Below, one piece after another: positions 33,114 to 45,265 of a stretch of 64,000 nt of DNA; the first letter of the stretch is position 1; each line of letters starts with the position of its first letter. Both the position numbers and the translations under genes were made by a program. Below the pieces are notes generated by a model, which worked only from the letters and a program-made list of their open reading frames with translations, searched no databases and was not told the origin of the DNA. This DNA is from Macrostomum hystrix (Eukaryota; Animalia; Platyhelminthes), in assembly GCA_950097015.1 (NCBI GenBank), contig CATNEN010000001.1, positions 25,048,001 to 25,112,000 on the forward strand, read 5' to 3'.

Positions 33114-35300
33114 CTAAATTTCAATCATTAATCGGACCTGTCGGAGTGCAAGCCATTCACCGGAGTACCACACCATACTACTCTCAGTCTTGCCACCATC
33201 GAGGATTCCGTTCGGATGAAAGTAAGCACAGTTTCGCAGCCACCAGCCATCTTTACCATAGACGTTGGAACAAGAGTTAGTCGATTCGTCGTTGTCCCTG
33301 TCGACTGTTGAAAACTGACTTCCATTGCTATAGATCATCGCGTCGAACTGACTTACATTGGATCTGTGTGCTAGCATTCTCGTTAAGCTCATTCGATAAT
33401 TCTTACCAGCGTCGCCGACTTGGAATCCTGCGTACTCCGCGTGCAGCGCGGTCCCATTCCACAGCTTCATCTCCACTCTGAGCGTGACACCGCCTGCGCT
33501 GAGCGAGTGAATCGCTGACAGACCTGTCATGGGTGCAAAGGAGTTATAAACGCGAATGACGAGTACAATCTGACTTTTTGGCCGATCTAGGGCTCAATAA
33601 AAAGTCGGAAGTTTTCATTTTTCACGATGATGATCGAGAAATTAAGAAAGTACACAAGACAGACGAAAAACAAAGCTGAAGAATTATTTCAAAATAAAAA
33701 TTATCTCGTGGAGTACTTTAAAGCTTACCAAGCCAGAAGTCTCTACGATTGCCAAATCCGTTGACGTACGCGTTCCAATCCCTTTGAAAGCTCACTTCGC
33801 CGGTAAGTCGTTGTTGAAAGACTACAAATTGTCGACCATCATCGTTTTTCCTCAACGGCATGAAATTCATCAGCTTCTCAAAGCTATCTGATATAGTTAA
33901 GATCGATAAGTCACTGTCACTGTCACTCTCGACAATAGGAAATTGAGACATGTACTTCGAGGCCAGGGATTGATACGTGCACTTTGAATCAATCCGAGAA
34001 GTCAATGACCACCTGACTTGCCTCCACAGATACTCTGGGTGAGAATGGAGAACGTTTCTAGAAAAAGATTTTAATGATCTCACAAAGTTATTCATTGAAA
34101 TGCCAAAAAAATCTGATGAAAATCTGGTTAGACATTCCGAATAATTACCTCAGTCCTAGGCAGCTGTCGAGTGCGTTTGTGTAAATCCGCAACTCCGCCA
34201 TACTGCAGTCTGTAGAGACTTTTAGTGGCCCAATTTCAAAGTGATCACTGAACGATGAGCTAACAAAGCTTTGAGCGCCCCAGAACCGCATAAAGGTGAT
34301 TGAGCATGGCGACAGCTCAGCCAGTTTAGCCCTTGCAGCATCAATTACAGCGCCATCTAGCAGCTCCAGGTGCAGCTTCAGGTAGTGCAGTTTTCTGTTG
34401 GGGTCGTAGACTACAGTGGAGCTGCCTATGCTTGATCGATTATAGCAGAGCAGGGGTTCGATCAGAAAGTGTCCCCTTGCATCCAAGTCTTGGTGCAATC
34501 GAATTTCGCAGCTGCTGATCGCGAAGGAACGTACTGGTCTTACGTTCTTGCACATCGGTAGGCTTGCATATCTCGCAGTGAAAGTTTCTGATCGAATGAA
34601 ACTGCGATTCTGGACATTGAGTCCATAAATCTGTCGGAATGTTCTTCCTTTAGAAATCAAGGAGACGTTGAAGAAAACATCATCAAAACCGTGAACATCT
34701 CCAGCACGAAGCAGTTTGCTAAAGTTTTGTGAAGAGTGCTCGGGTGTGACATGGTTTTAATTTATTATACTTGTTTATTCACGACTGCCGAAAAGTCTCT
34801 ACTTACGTGAAATTTATGCGACTCAGAAGTCTGTCTACCTGACTCGTTAAGCCCTTATCTTGAACACCAAGACGGAGAACACCAAAGTCTTGATCAGGAT
34901 TCCAATCAAACCCGAGTGCATTAACAGAAGAGGGGGCGGCAGTGAGGACATTGATGTCAGACACTGTAGCAAAGCTTACTGATTTCGGTGACAAATTTCG
35001 CAGGTAAAAGTTCACTTCTGGCAGCAGGCTGGGGTCTCTCAGCATCACGGGCACACCCACGTACAGTTGCTGCGTGACCGGATCGAACCTCAAAGTACTG
35101 TTTCTAAGGCTGTCAGTCACACACATAGCTGGCTCAACTGCCAGGTGAGGTCCGTCCCTTGCCTCTGTGTCAAATACGAACAGAGGGCAGCCGCGAACGC
35201 TCAGCTGGGCCACGAAGCGAAGACGGCCAGAGCCCTGGGTGCTTTGGCCTGATGCAAAGGACAGCAGACAAATACTTATTACTAGTGACGAAAGCACCAT
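33114..35300 (-). CDS. Secreted fibrinogen-related (FReD) protein. Exons 35300-34807, 34718-34149, 34057-33729, 33523-33114.
   Basis: Signal peptide MVLSSLVISICLLSFASG. FReD motifs FVVFQQRLTGEVSFQRDWNAYVNGFG..DFWLG|LSAIHSL, LRVEM, AEYAGFQVGD, FSTVDRDND, GWWLRNC..NG, WY. Junction phases are consistent. Confidence 0.88.
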
Positions 35301-36510
35301 TTCATATCCTTTACGAAGATTAAAATTATAGTAAAGCTTAAAAATCTTCGAAGAATCCGCTTCTTTAACACGCAATTCGAAACTGAACTATGAAGATTTA
35401 TAGCTGACGTTTTGTATACTCGCCAAATAATAAACGACAGAAATAGCTCGTAGTTTATATTTAAGGCACTCGGCTATATTAAAAAACCGTCACACTGATT
35501 GAATAAACTACATCATTATCGTCCAAGTATTGTAACTAACATTTGACCGGATGAAGTTCAGAGTTCCAGCGTTTACCGTGACTCAAAGTTGTTATTATAA
35601 ATCTACCAAGAATCAAGAGTTTCGAAGTTTATTAAAAAGTTGTAGCATGTCTGCAATTATTATGAATACTGCACCAAGTAGGGCAGACAATCTTTGACTT
35701 TGTCAGAGAATGTGCCTAAACTTACAAATTTACACGTTCGGACTGCCAAGGTGACTAAAATTAATTCGAAAACGCGGGCAGAGTTTGATGAAGGAATTTA
35801 ATGTAATCTGGTGCATAAATGTTTACTGTGCAAACATTTACGAGTATAATTTTGGCTTGAACACGTCTTTGACTGTTGGTTTGCCTTTTTGAAGTGCCTG
35901 CCTCGCCTGATCCTAGAAGGCATTGTGTGCACATTATGAGTCATGTTCTTTTTAAGCTGCAAGTCTGCCGAGCACTCTCCATCAGCATGAGTGACATCAG
36001 ATGCTATTTTTAGCAACAGAGCCCTTTGACTTTTGTTTTTCTGGTGTCAGCTTCTAATAATAGAACTCACGTGATTATATCTCCACTCCTTTCTCCGATT
36101 CTGTCTGCTAGCAATTCGCAAAATTATGCAGCTTCAGAATGGAGCCATTTGTCTCGTGAGCAACTTGATCTCTATTATTTAATATGTACTCTAATATGTA
36201 CAAGTGGCCATGCAAGTAGGCCGTAGTGTCTTACCCTATAATCGATTATAGTTTTTATAGTACAGTTTGCGAGAAAAAATCAATTCCTTGACGGAATTGA
36301 GGACGGCCTGAGCCTCGCTGTTGCAGCTGGAGAGACAGACCTCTGGCCCACTCTGATTTTATGAAGACGTGTCATCGTCAAGGGTGACTAGATTTGGATG
36401 CGCTTCAATGAATAGCAGCTGATCAATGTCTGGAATTAATGTTAGTTCAATATTTGCTTTCAGGCGCACACTAAAAATCCACTTGTGAGCTACAAGGACT
36501 CACAAAGGAC

Positions 36511-36948
36511 TCAGACTACTAACTCACTCGGGTAGGTCTGTCGAAACACCGAGTTTCGGAAGCCGCTGCCACAAACCAGTTTGGAGTCTCCTGCGCAGCG
36601 CGAATAGCAAGTAGACTCATCAACCGAGCCGTGCCGGCCATATGTGTTGCCGCAAAAGCACCAAATGCTTGCCTGCAGACCAAAGTACACAAAGCCACCA
36701 AGTGCGCAGATGCTGCTACAAAACTTCGGAGTCATTGATTCGCTTCGTACAGTCCTCACTGACGAAGAATAGTTCGCATTGGCTATGCTTGCGATGTTGA
36801 TACCAGCCAGTCCTGCCATGTCGCTGTCACTGTTGTCCATGAAGCAGCCGATGTACTGAAACGTAGCCGCTCTTTGCAAAGCAGAAACTGTGGTGGAAGT
36901 AACGATTAACGCGAATAGCAGTCTGCTGTAGATTTCAGTAGCAGACAT
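36511..36948 (-). CDS. Small secreted single-WSC-domain protein (145 aa, intronless)
   Basis: Hydrophobic signal, then YIGCFMD...MTPKFCSSICALGGFVYFGLQASIWCFCGN...CYSRCAGDSKLVCGSGFRNSVF, the WSC cysteine pattern. Confidence 0.9.
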   Translation of the reverse strand: MSATEIYSRLLFALIVTSTTVSALQRAATFQYIGCFMDNSDSDMAGLAGINIASIANANYSSSVRTVRSESMTPKFCSSICALGGFVYFGLQASIWCFCGNTYGRHGSVDESTCYSRCAGDSKLVCGSGFRNSVFRQTYPSELVV

Positions 36949-37502
36949 TGCTGATGGATAGGACCGAATCTCGCTCTCAGTCTCAGTCTCGGACTGATTT
37001 CCTTATCCGCATATATCTTATGTTTTTAGGCAGTCATCTACTCCAGAGAAATTGCTGTTAATGGATCCAAGACAACCTATAAGAAACTTTTTATGAGCTG
37101 AAATGGAGGAATATAGTCAAGATGGAATGAATGACTTTTATCTCAGGGACTTATCAAAACCAACTTTTTGGTGCTGATTGCAGAAAGCTAAAAGCTTTTT
37201 TCTCAGTAAACAGGCCACAAATCGGAAATTAAATAGAGTCCAACACCTGATGATCCTCATACTATAAATAAAAGCTACATCTACAAGAGCAAATCATGAA
37301 TTCGCAGGGTCAGAGCTGTTCGAACAAGCAACTTCACTAGGCATTTGGACTACTTTAAGCACATATTTTGTATGATAATATAGTTACTTAAGACTCATAG
37401 TGACTTGAAAATATCCATTTGAGAGACTAGGTGTTAACTAGCTATAGAAGTCATATCAATCTATTGCTGCCATCAGTAAATACCTAATAACTTTTGAATG
37501 CG

Positions 37503-37543
37503 TGGGTCGGTGGCAGAGCGGTTAACGCGTTTGCCTCTCGCAC
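37503..37543 (+). mobile_element. Isolated tRNA-like head of SINE family A
   Basis: GGGTCGGTGGCAGAGCGGTTAACGCGTTTGCCTCTCGCAC, after which similarity stops abruptly. Confidence 0.8.
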
Positions 37544-37778
37544 ATGTGGTGTACTGTGGTGCACAAGTACACTCTTGAATTGTGGTGTACTTGTGCACAG
37601 AAGCGCGGTGATACTGCCTAGACTACGCGTGCAAACTGCGCATTGCAGCTGGTTGCGCAGTGATGCTATCGACGCTGCAACACTACTATAAATTGAAGCT
37701 GCAAGTTTTTAACATTATTGCTTTCTTTTGCGAAATTCTTTGTGAACAAGTTATTAAAAAAAACTTCAATCAGAGAAA

Positions 37779-39611
37779 ATGCTTGCTAAAATTGGATTGA
37801 ACGTTCTGCTTTTACTTCTGATGAAGCTGAGCAGCAGCTACATTCAATGGCAATTCATTTACAATCAAAAAGTGAATCTGAAATGGACCAACAACAGCTG
37901 CGTCATTGTCGGAGTGCGGTCGACGACATTCGAGCCGCAGCTGGTTGCGCTAGGTTTGCTGGGCTTCCTGTGCCCATTGTTTGGTGCATTTCTGGCTAAA
38001 AACTTTGGCTTTCGGTACATCCTCAGAATCGGAGGGATTCTGCTCTGGCTGCCCGGCAGCTGCTTCATAGTGTCCTACTTCTGGTCTAACCTCACCTGCG
38101 AGCCTCAACGGGGCTACCCGATTTGGCTGTCTCTCTTCTTTATTTTGTGCCTGGCAGACCCTGCCCTGTTGATGATGTTGATAGCGATGGGAGACTCCGA
38201 AATCGTCGGCACCACGGCTGCCAGAGCGGAGTTTCGCGGCCTGCTGATGACCATCTACTATGCGGTGGCGGCTGTAGGACAGCTGCTTGGAATTTTGCCG
38301 TACCTCCTCCAGCGGAATTCGGTGGCTGCCGTGCAGAACGACCTCAGCTTGTTGGCATGCTTTATCTTCACCGCCTGCTCCTGGTTTCTGAGTCTTCCAG
38401 AAGACGCAATCAATCGTCCTCAAGCACAACCGGACAATGAAGTGAGCGTGATTTGGGTAAAAAAGTGCAGCCAGGTGGTGGCCTTTTCAATACCTTTCGC
38501 GGCGATTCTCGCAGTCGGGTTGGACTTCAGCACCGCTCGAGAGCTGAGTTATTATTTCGGGTTTTCCGAGGCTGAGCCAACAAAGCTTGAGCTGGTCACT
38601 ATGTTTCTGCCAGTGGTGATGTTCTCGATCGGCACTGCCATCACGTGCGTCATCATTGGCGGCATCCGCATGCTCTGCAGCTGCGGCACAACTCGAAAGC
38701 AGACTCGACTTCAGGCTGGAGTGATACTCGAGACTCTACTGCACGCAGGTGAGAATAAGCAGCATTAATTAGTTATTATACTTGTAAAAGTATTTGGCAA
38801 TGGCACCGGCCCCAATTGGGTCTGATGTGCAGCCGATAGCACAGCCGCAACGATTGCGCAGCGCATCTGAAGGCTGCGTACGGCTGTTCAGTCCATGGAC
38901 TGGGGGACGCCACACCCACCCTCAATTACACCAGCTGATACTGGTACCCATTTAACAGCTGGGTGAACTGATGCAGTGTATAATTAAGTGTCTTTCTAAA
39001 GGACGCAAATTGTTCCACCTGTCCCTCAAGTCGTTAGTCCGATGTGATCTCTACAATCCCAACCTTTTTTCTATAAATCAACCTGTGTATTGTATTCATG
39101 GGGGACGCAATTTTTTTTCTAGATTTCCAGCAATTCTTTGGGACTATGCAATTTTGACATTCGCACAGGCCTGATCGCGCTGTTGACAAACGAAAATTGG
39201 TCATCTGGCTTTTCCATCGTCATGTTCACCACTGTTTCTTTCGCTGAGGGCGTCAGCAACGCCTTGACCGTGGCAGGAATGTACGAGCTGATGGCGGCTC
39301 TGGCCAAGCCGAATCTGCGAGCTGTGGCCATCGGCCTCATCATGACAACCTGGAGCGTTACCATCAGCCTCAACGTTGTCGTGTTATTAGTATTAAATGT
39401 TATGCCAAAAAAGGTCGGGAGTGTGTCGCCAGCCTTCTTTTTGTGGCATGTGGTGTGTGTTGGTCTTCTGCTACTGTCACTGCTGCAGCTGAAATTGCTC
39501 ACACTACCGCTAGCACAACGCATTGAGCAGTCAGCACTGAGCCAAGAGGAGGCGGACGAGTCTTCGAGACTAGTGGAACCGACGAGCGAAGCATCCATGA
39601 GTAGTGAGTAG
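37779..39611 (+). CDS. Divergent multi-pass membrane protein (about 12 TM), MFS-fold, loosely POT/SLC15-like. Exons 37779-38748 and 39169-39611.
   Basis: Many hydrophobic segments, a motif-A-like GAFLAKNFGFRYIL, and YELMAALAKPNLRAVAIGL. Junction GCAG|gtgaga ... cacag|GC. Confidence 0.65.
38795..39065 (-). mobile_element. SINE family B (CORE-type) copy in an intron
   Basis: Reverse match to 41510-41820 (CAATTGGGTC..GCATCTGAAGGCTGCGTACGGCTGTTCAGTCCATGGACTGGGGG..CAGCTGGGTGAACTGA), with a degraded head. Confidence 0.87.
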
Positions 39612-40899
39612 CTGTGCTCAACGAATAACACCGATATGAAGTTTCCGCTTCAGAGCAATTACTGAGCAATTACTTTCTGTTGATAACACTGTTCTGCTGA
39701 TATTTTAATAACATCATGCAGAAGCTGGTAACTGTACCATAAAATGTGATACGTCGAAAAGCCTGATCAGTTTCCAAAGTGGATGCACTCATTAAAATCT
39801 ACTGAATTGAGATATAGTACATTTTGCTTTACTGATACGACATTTCGATGGCACATGCCAGCTACACGATTCAACCATTAATTTCGCTTCATGCTTTTGA
39901 AATGAAATAATCAAGGGTGAATCAGCTATCCTTGATCATGTACCATTGTCAGCTATTTACAGGTTATTCGTTTGGATGTCTGCTGCCCGTCTTCACAAGA
40001 CAAAAGTACTACCGCTTCACACCTGATTTTCTATTTGTCAAAGTATCACCAAGCCACACTCTTTTTTCAATTTATGTGAGTCTCCAACTCAAACTTCTTT
40101 TGATAAACTTATAAAATTTAAATGTAATATTTTGCTAGTGCACAGACAATAGTTTTAGCTACGAATCTAGACGCTCGGTTTAAGACCAAGCTTCAGCTGC
40201 TGCAGCATGAGAATGCACTCTGCAATGCCCGATAATTAGTTTGTTTCTCTCGCCCGTTCCAGACACTTCAGAATTGACCAGCTGCACCGCTGGGAGACCT
40301 TAGGACTGAGTAGGATGCCCGCCGAGAGTAAATCTCTTAATTGTCGAGTGCGGTAAAAACGGAATCTGCGGGTCAGGTGGCGCCCCAGAGCTCAAGAGAG
40401 TGTATGCCGTTCTCTTGATGTGGAACCCCAGGTCGTTAGTCGTATGTGGTGCAATCGCTGTTGCACCCTATACTGTTCTTATAAAGGCAGTTCTGAATGC
40501 TTACTTGGGCAAATTTCAGCGCAAAATTTAACACTAAAGGTAGAAAGTTTACATTTTATGTTATCCCTACGTGTAATGCATCTCTCAGTTTTTTTCAGGT
40601 TTACTTTGTGCCTGACGACAATCGTAAAACCTCATATTAACGGCACGAATTCGAAAGTCTCTTTGTCGCGGAAAGTGGTGGCAGATTCCCATTGGCTGAT
40701 GCATCTTTTCCTCTCCCGCTCTCTGTGCATCTCCGTCTCGTGATTGGTCGGATTCCAAGTCGTCCACGTGTCCGCTAACATAAATGATCAATATGAAGGC
40801 TGTGAATACGGTCTCTTGCTTCGAAGAGATGCATTCATTTATCTCTTTTTTATCCCTGTCTCTCTCTCTTTTGTTTAGAAGGTCGAGTACTCTACATTT

Positions 40900-41190
40900 T
40901 GGCCTGTGAGACATTGCGCACTGTAAGACCGAAAATCGCCTATGAAAACAGAACATGCCCAAAATGTAGAGTCGAGGTAGAGAACGAAACTCATATTCTA
41001 TTTATATGCGATTGGTCCGTTTATGTTCCAATTAGAAATAAATTCATAGAGAAAGTGAACAAGCAATTTTCGAAATTTCGAAAGCCTAACAGCTTGATGA
41101 TAAAATTGTGTATTCAATGACACAGGAAAGCACAGAATTAACAGAAAGTTTTGTGGACTTCATAGAAAGCATACTTAAAGCTAGATAAAA
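40900..41190 (+). pseudogene. 5'-truncated non-LTR retrotransposon remnant (C-terminal Cys/His knuckle, RTEX/L1-like)
   Basis: Peptide YENRTCPKCRVEVENETHILFICDWSVYVPIRNKFI matches the R-x-C-x2-C...E..H....C...Y...R motif of LINE ORF2 ends. A frameshift follows. Confidence 0.65.
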
Positions 41191-41509
41191 AAGCCACTGC
41201 CCTGAGGACAATAGTGAGAATTAATGCTTGATTATAGTGTGAGTTTTTGTTTTCTTATATTTGATCGTAGCTCGCAAATACACAATAGATATTCTCCTTT
41301 CGGGAGCGAAGTGATTTCACTCAGAGTTTTAATATTCTCTTTAAATTTCTATATTTAATAATTTTATGCTTTTGTTTACAAATTTCAAATATTTTATCAA
41401 GGACCACTGGAATAAGTCTAGTCTAGTCTAGTCCAGTAGTCCTTGTATTTTATTCACCTAAAATTAATCTTATGCGTGCTACTGTTCTTCTGTCGCCTTT
41501 TTTTAAATC

Positions 41510-42486
41510 AGAGGTTGTAGCCTAGTGGTTAGAGCGTCGGACTCACGACTTGAAGGTCGGGGGTTCGATTCCCGACTCCACTGGAACAATTTGTGTCCTT
41601 TAGCAAGACACTTAACTCTGCATTGCTTCAGTTCACCCAGCTGTTAAATGTGTACCAGCATCAGCTGGGATAATTGATGGTGGGTGTGGCGTCCCCCCAG
41701 TCCATGGACTGAACAGCCGTACGCAGCCTTCAGATGCGCCGCGCAATAGCTGCGGCTGTGCTGTCGGCTGCACATATGACCCAATTGGGACAGGTGTAGT
41801 CAATTATTAATTACAATTAATTTTTAAATCGAATTGTTCAGCCTTGGGTTAGAGCGTCGGACTCACGACTTGAAGGTCGGGGGTTCGATTCCCGACTCCA
41901 CTGGAACAATTTGTGTCCTTTAGCAAGACACTTAACTCTGCATTGCTTCAGTTCACCCAGCTGTTAAATGTGTACCAGCATCAGCTGGGATAATTGATGG
42001 TGGGTGTGGCGTCCCCCCAGTCCATGGACTGAACAGCCGTACGCAGCCTTCAGATGCGCCGCGCAATAGCTGCGGCTGTGCTGTCGGCTGCACATATGAC
42101 CCAATTGGGACAGGTGTAGTCAATTATTAATTACAATTAATTTTTAAATCGAATTGTTCAGCCTTGGGTTAGAGCGTCGGACTCACGACTTGAAGGTCGG
42201 GGGTTCGATTCCCGACTCCACTGGAACAATTTGTGTCCTTTAGCAAGACACTTAACTCTGCATTGCTTCAGTTCACCCAGCTGCTAAATGTGTACCAGCA
42301 TCAGCTGGGATAATTGAGGGTGGGTATGGCGTCCCCCCAGTCCATGGACTGAACAGCCGTACGCAGCCTTCAGATGCGCCGCGCAATAGCTGCGGCTGTG
42401 CTGTCGGCTGCACATCTGACCCAATTGGGGCAGGTGTAGTCAATTATTAATTACAATTAATTTTTAAATTGAATTGTTCAGCCTTG
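41510..42486 (+). mobile_element. SINE family B (tRNA head + CORE-like domain), three tandem copies with 320-bp period
   Basis: A-box TAGCCTAGTGG and B-box GGTTCGATTCCC. Repeats start again at 41847 and 42167. TTTTTAAATC flanks the first copy on both sides (41500-41509, 41821-41830). Confidence 0.92.
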
Positions 42487-43407
42487 TTACCAACATACAA
42501 AATAAACAAAAATCAGCACCCAATCAGCGTGCGCATTTCAATAAAAAAATTAATATTTCATTTCACAAAGCTGGATTTACCAACATCGGGTGCCATTGTG
42601 ACCATATAAGCTGCTAGTACGGGCGGGCTAACTGGGAGCAAATTAAATTTAAAAGTTTTCGAAAATAATTCACGAGCTTTCATAAAACATAAAGGGACAA
42701 GGTGTGTATAAATAGTCTGCTGGTACAAATCCATGACGAGTTCTCAGCAGCCATTTGAGCAGGCGTTTCGGGGACTTTCATTTTACCACGCTCGCTCGAT
42801 GGCAGGACGGGGTCGGCGGTTTTAAAAGGTTGAAAGTTTGAAATTATGACAGGAGAGCCTCAGCCACAGAATCAGCCTTGGAGGCGAGATAAATGAAGAC
42901 CTGTACTGTGGCTGGCCTAGTCGCTCAACTAGATGGCTCTGAAAGAGTCGGCTTAAAATGTGAGGCTAAACCGCAAAAAGACACGCATCGGAACGCTGAA
43001 GCGAGACAGATTGCTGGCTACCACTGCATTGCTGGCATGGGGCGGGTGTCTCCTTCGTTTGTTTTCTTAACGGAATAATAAACAAACTGTGCACAGCCGG
43101 GGGAGCTCCACCCTACGACTCGCTCCATCAACCCTACCAGCCTCCCCTCTCTGTCTCTCAGTGGCAGCTTTTTTGAAGTTTTCTAAAAAAGAAAGGAGCA
43201 ATTTTCAGTCGCATACAGTATATGTTTTTGTATTATAATTTCGCTCTCTTTAACCATCTTCATAAAAAAGGTGGCGTCTCTAAGTTCGACTAGAGAAAAC
43301 GGTCGGACGGTAGAAGGTGGAACACGGTAAAAGTGTACACGTCGATCAGAACAAATTTTCCGGCACAAATATTTGCCTAGCACATAGCACAGATGGCCCG
43401 ATAGTCA

Positions 43408-44646
43408 ATGACTTCTATAAGCAGCGTCGGAGGCGGCGGCAGCGGCGGCGAAATCAAATACTACCTGAAGTTTGCCATCAATGTGCCCTACGGTGACGTG
43501 AAGCGCATGCTGCAGACTGACACCCGGCTGCTTTACTCCCTGAAGGACTGCTCCCGTGCAGGTCGAGTGAACTGGAAGCTGAAGCTCTACAGGTATCAGG
43601 CCACCGATCAGAGCTACCTGGCGCTCTACCTGAAGTTCGAACCGCAGGTCTGCACCGACGGAGTCAGCTGCACCACGGAGTTCTCCGTCAGACTGAGCGG
43701 TCCCGACAGCCGCAGCCTGGAGAGGCAGAGCTCCAGCGCGCGCCAGTTCACCAAAGCCGACGACAGCTGGGGTTGGTCGCAGTTTGCGCCAGCAGGCGAG
43801 CTGGAGGCCTACGTGAGCGCCCCAGACGGCTCGGACATCCTGCGTCTCAGCGGTGTGATCAAGATTTACGAGTCCTCAAAGCTGCTCTACCCGCGCAGGC
43901 GGCACAATTTTACGCGCGCACAGAATGGGTCCGATTTCCGCATCCAGGTGGGGCCAGTCACCTTTCACGTGCACCGGGCAGTTCTGGTGCTTAATTCCGA
44001 CCACTTTGCCGGCTTGTTCGCGCGCCAGGACTCCGAGGAAGCTCGCAGCGGTCAGTTAGCGCTACCGGACGAAAAAGTGCAAGACGTGCACCTGATGCTG
44101 CAGTTCATGTACCCCGGCTACAGCCGAGTCCTCGAGGAGTCCACATTGATGCCGCTGAGTCGCTTGGCATCGAAATTTCACCTGCACAGCCTCGCTTGGT
44201 CCTGCCTACAGTTCGTTGACTCACAACTGAGTACCGAGACAGTCGAGCCCGAGCGGGCCATGAAGTACTACTTCGCCTGCATCCGGTGGCTGCAGTGCGC
44301 GGACCTCGCCGAACAATGCGTCCGCTCCGTTGCCGGTCAGCCGTGGGCGCGCGTCAAGGTGGCGCCGCATTTTCGTCAGCTCGACGAAGCTGAGCGAGCC
44401 GCCTTTCTGGAATTGTTTCTGGACTTCAAGGAGGCCCGGCGTCGGGTAACACCGAGCGCCGCTGCCGCTATCAACACCCCTCCAACGACTTCGGTGAACG
44501 ACGCTGAAGCCGCAGCGGAGCACAGAGGCGACAGTGTCTTGAATTACGTCGATGTCGCCGCGGACAGCCAGGTGAAGGTCAACGGCGTGCACCTGGACAC
44601 CTCTGAGGATGAGGTGTTTAGGGATTCGGACAATGAGGAGTACTGA
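43408..44646 (+). CDS. Intronless MATH-BTB (SPOP/BATH-type) Cullin-3 adaptor, 412 aa
   Basis: MATH: VNWKLKLY...YLALYL...FTKADDSWGWSQF. BTB: SDFRIQVGPVTFHVHRAVLVLNSDHFAGLF...MLQFMYP...LASKF. Confidence 0.92.
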   Translation: MTSISSVGGGGSGGEIKYYLKFAINVPYGDVKRMLQTDTRLLYSLKDCSRAGRVNWKLKLYRYQATDQSYLALYLKFEPQVCTDGVSCTTEFSVRLSGPDSRSLERQSSSARQFTKADDSWGWSQFAPAGELEAYVSAPDGSDILRLSGVIKIYESSKLLYPRRRHNFTRAQNGSDFRIQVGPVTFHVHRAVLVLNSDHFAGLFARQDSEEARSGQLALPDEKVQDVHLMLQFMYPGYSRVLEESTLMPLSRLASKFHLHSLAWSCLQFVDSQLSTETVEPERAMKYYFACIRWLQCADLAEQCVRSVAGQPWARVKVAPHFRQLDEAERAAFLELFLDFKEARRRVTPSAAAAINTPPTTSVNDAEAAAEHRGDSVLNYVDVAADSQVKVNGVHLDTSEDEVFRDSDNEEY

Positions 44647-45265
44647 TGCAAGCAAATCTCCTGTTTGTTATCACTCATTGTACACATTTTAGCGACGTTT
44701 TTCTCTTTGGCTGTCATCGCATTCTGCTAGTTTTCAATCCTGTTTCCAGAAAGAAATTTCTGAAGAAGAGCGCAGCAAACAACCTCCGGCGGTATTCAGA
44801 GTTCAATTGAGTCCACGAGAATCTTCGTCCTTGCAGTCATTGCATGGCTTCCTATTGTTGTCTTTGGTTCATTGTTCTATCCAATAGGCTTGATCAGTGC
44901 ATTTTTTGCTATTATAAAATAACTTTGGCTTCCATGGCGCGTAATCAAAGGGTAAAACATGTACAAACCCGTCTTTGATGTTTGCGATGCTTCAAATTCG
45001 TATTTTCTTAAGTATAATCGAGTTAATTATGGACTATCTGACTATGGTGATTTATTTCCTAACCTTATTAATGGAGCCGAAAAATGTGTGCTTCACATAT
45101 ACTACTACTTTGGGATCTTGAGTAATTTGGAAGCCGCGGGTTTCTGTGATTGGCTGAGCTCAGTGAAGTTTTAAGTCGCGATTGAGTTAAAAAAACTGTG
45201 ATTAAGAGAGCTGATTTTGACCTGCTTAGATCGAACTGCAAGCCTCTGCACTTTGTGCTCAAAAT

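Noticed and set aside
41514-41581. tRNA gene (anticodon-like CAC), also at 11364 and the SINE A heads
   Set aside because: The acceptor and anticodon stems pair poorly, and the sequence continues into a repeated SINE body.
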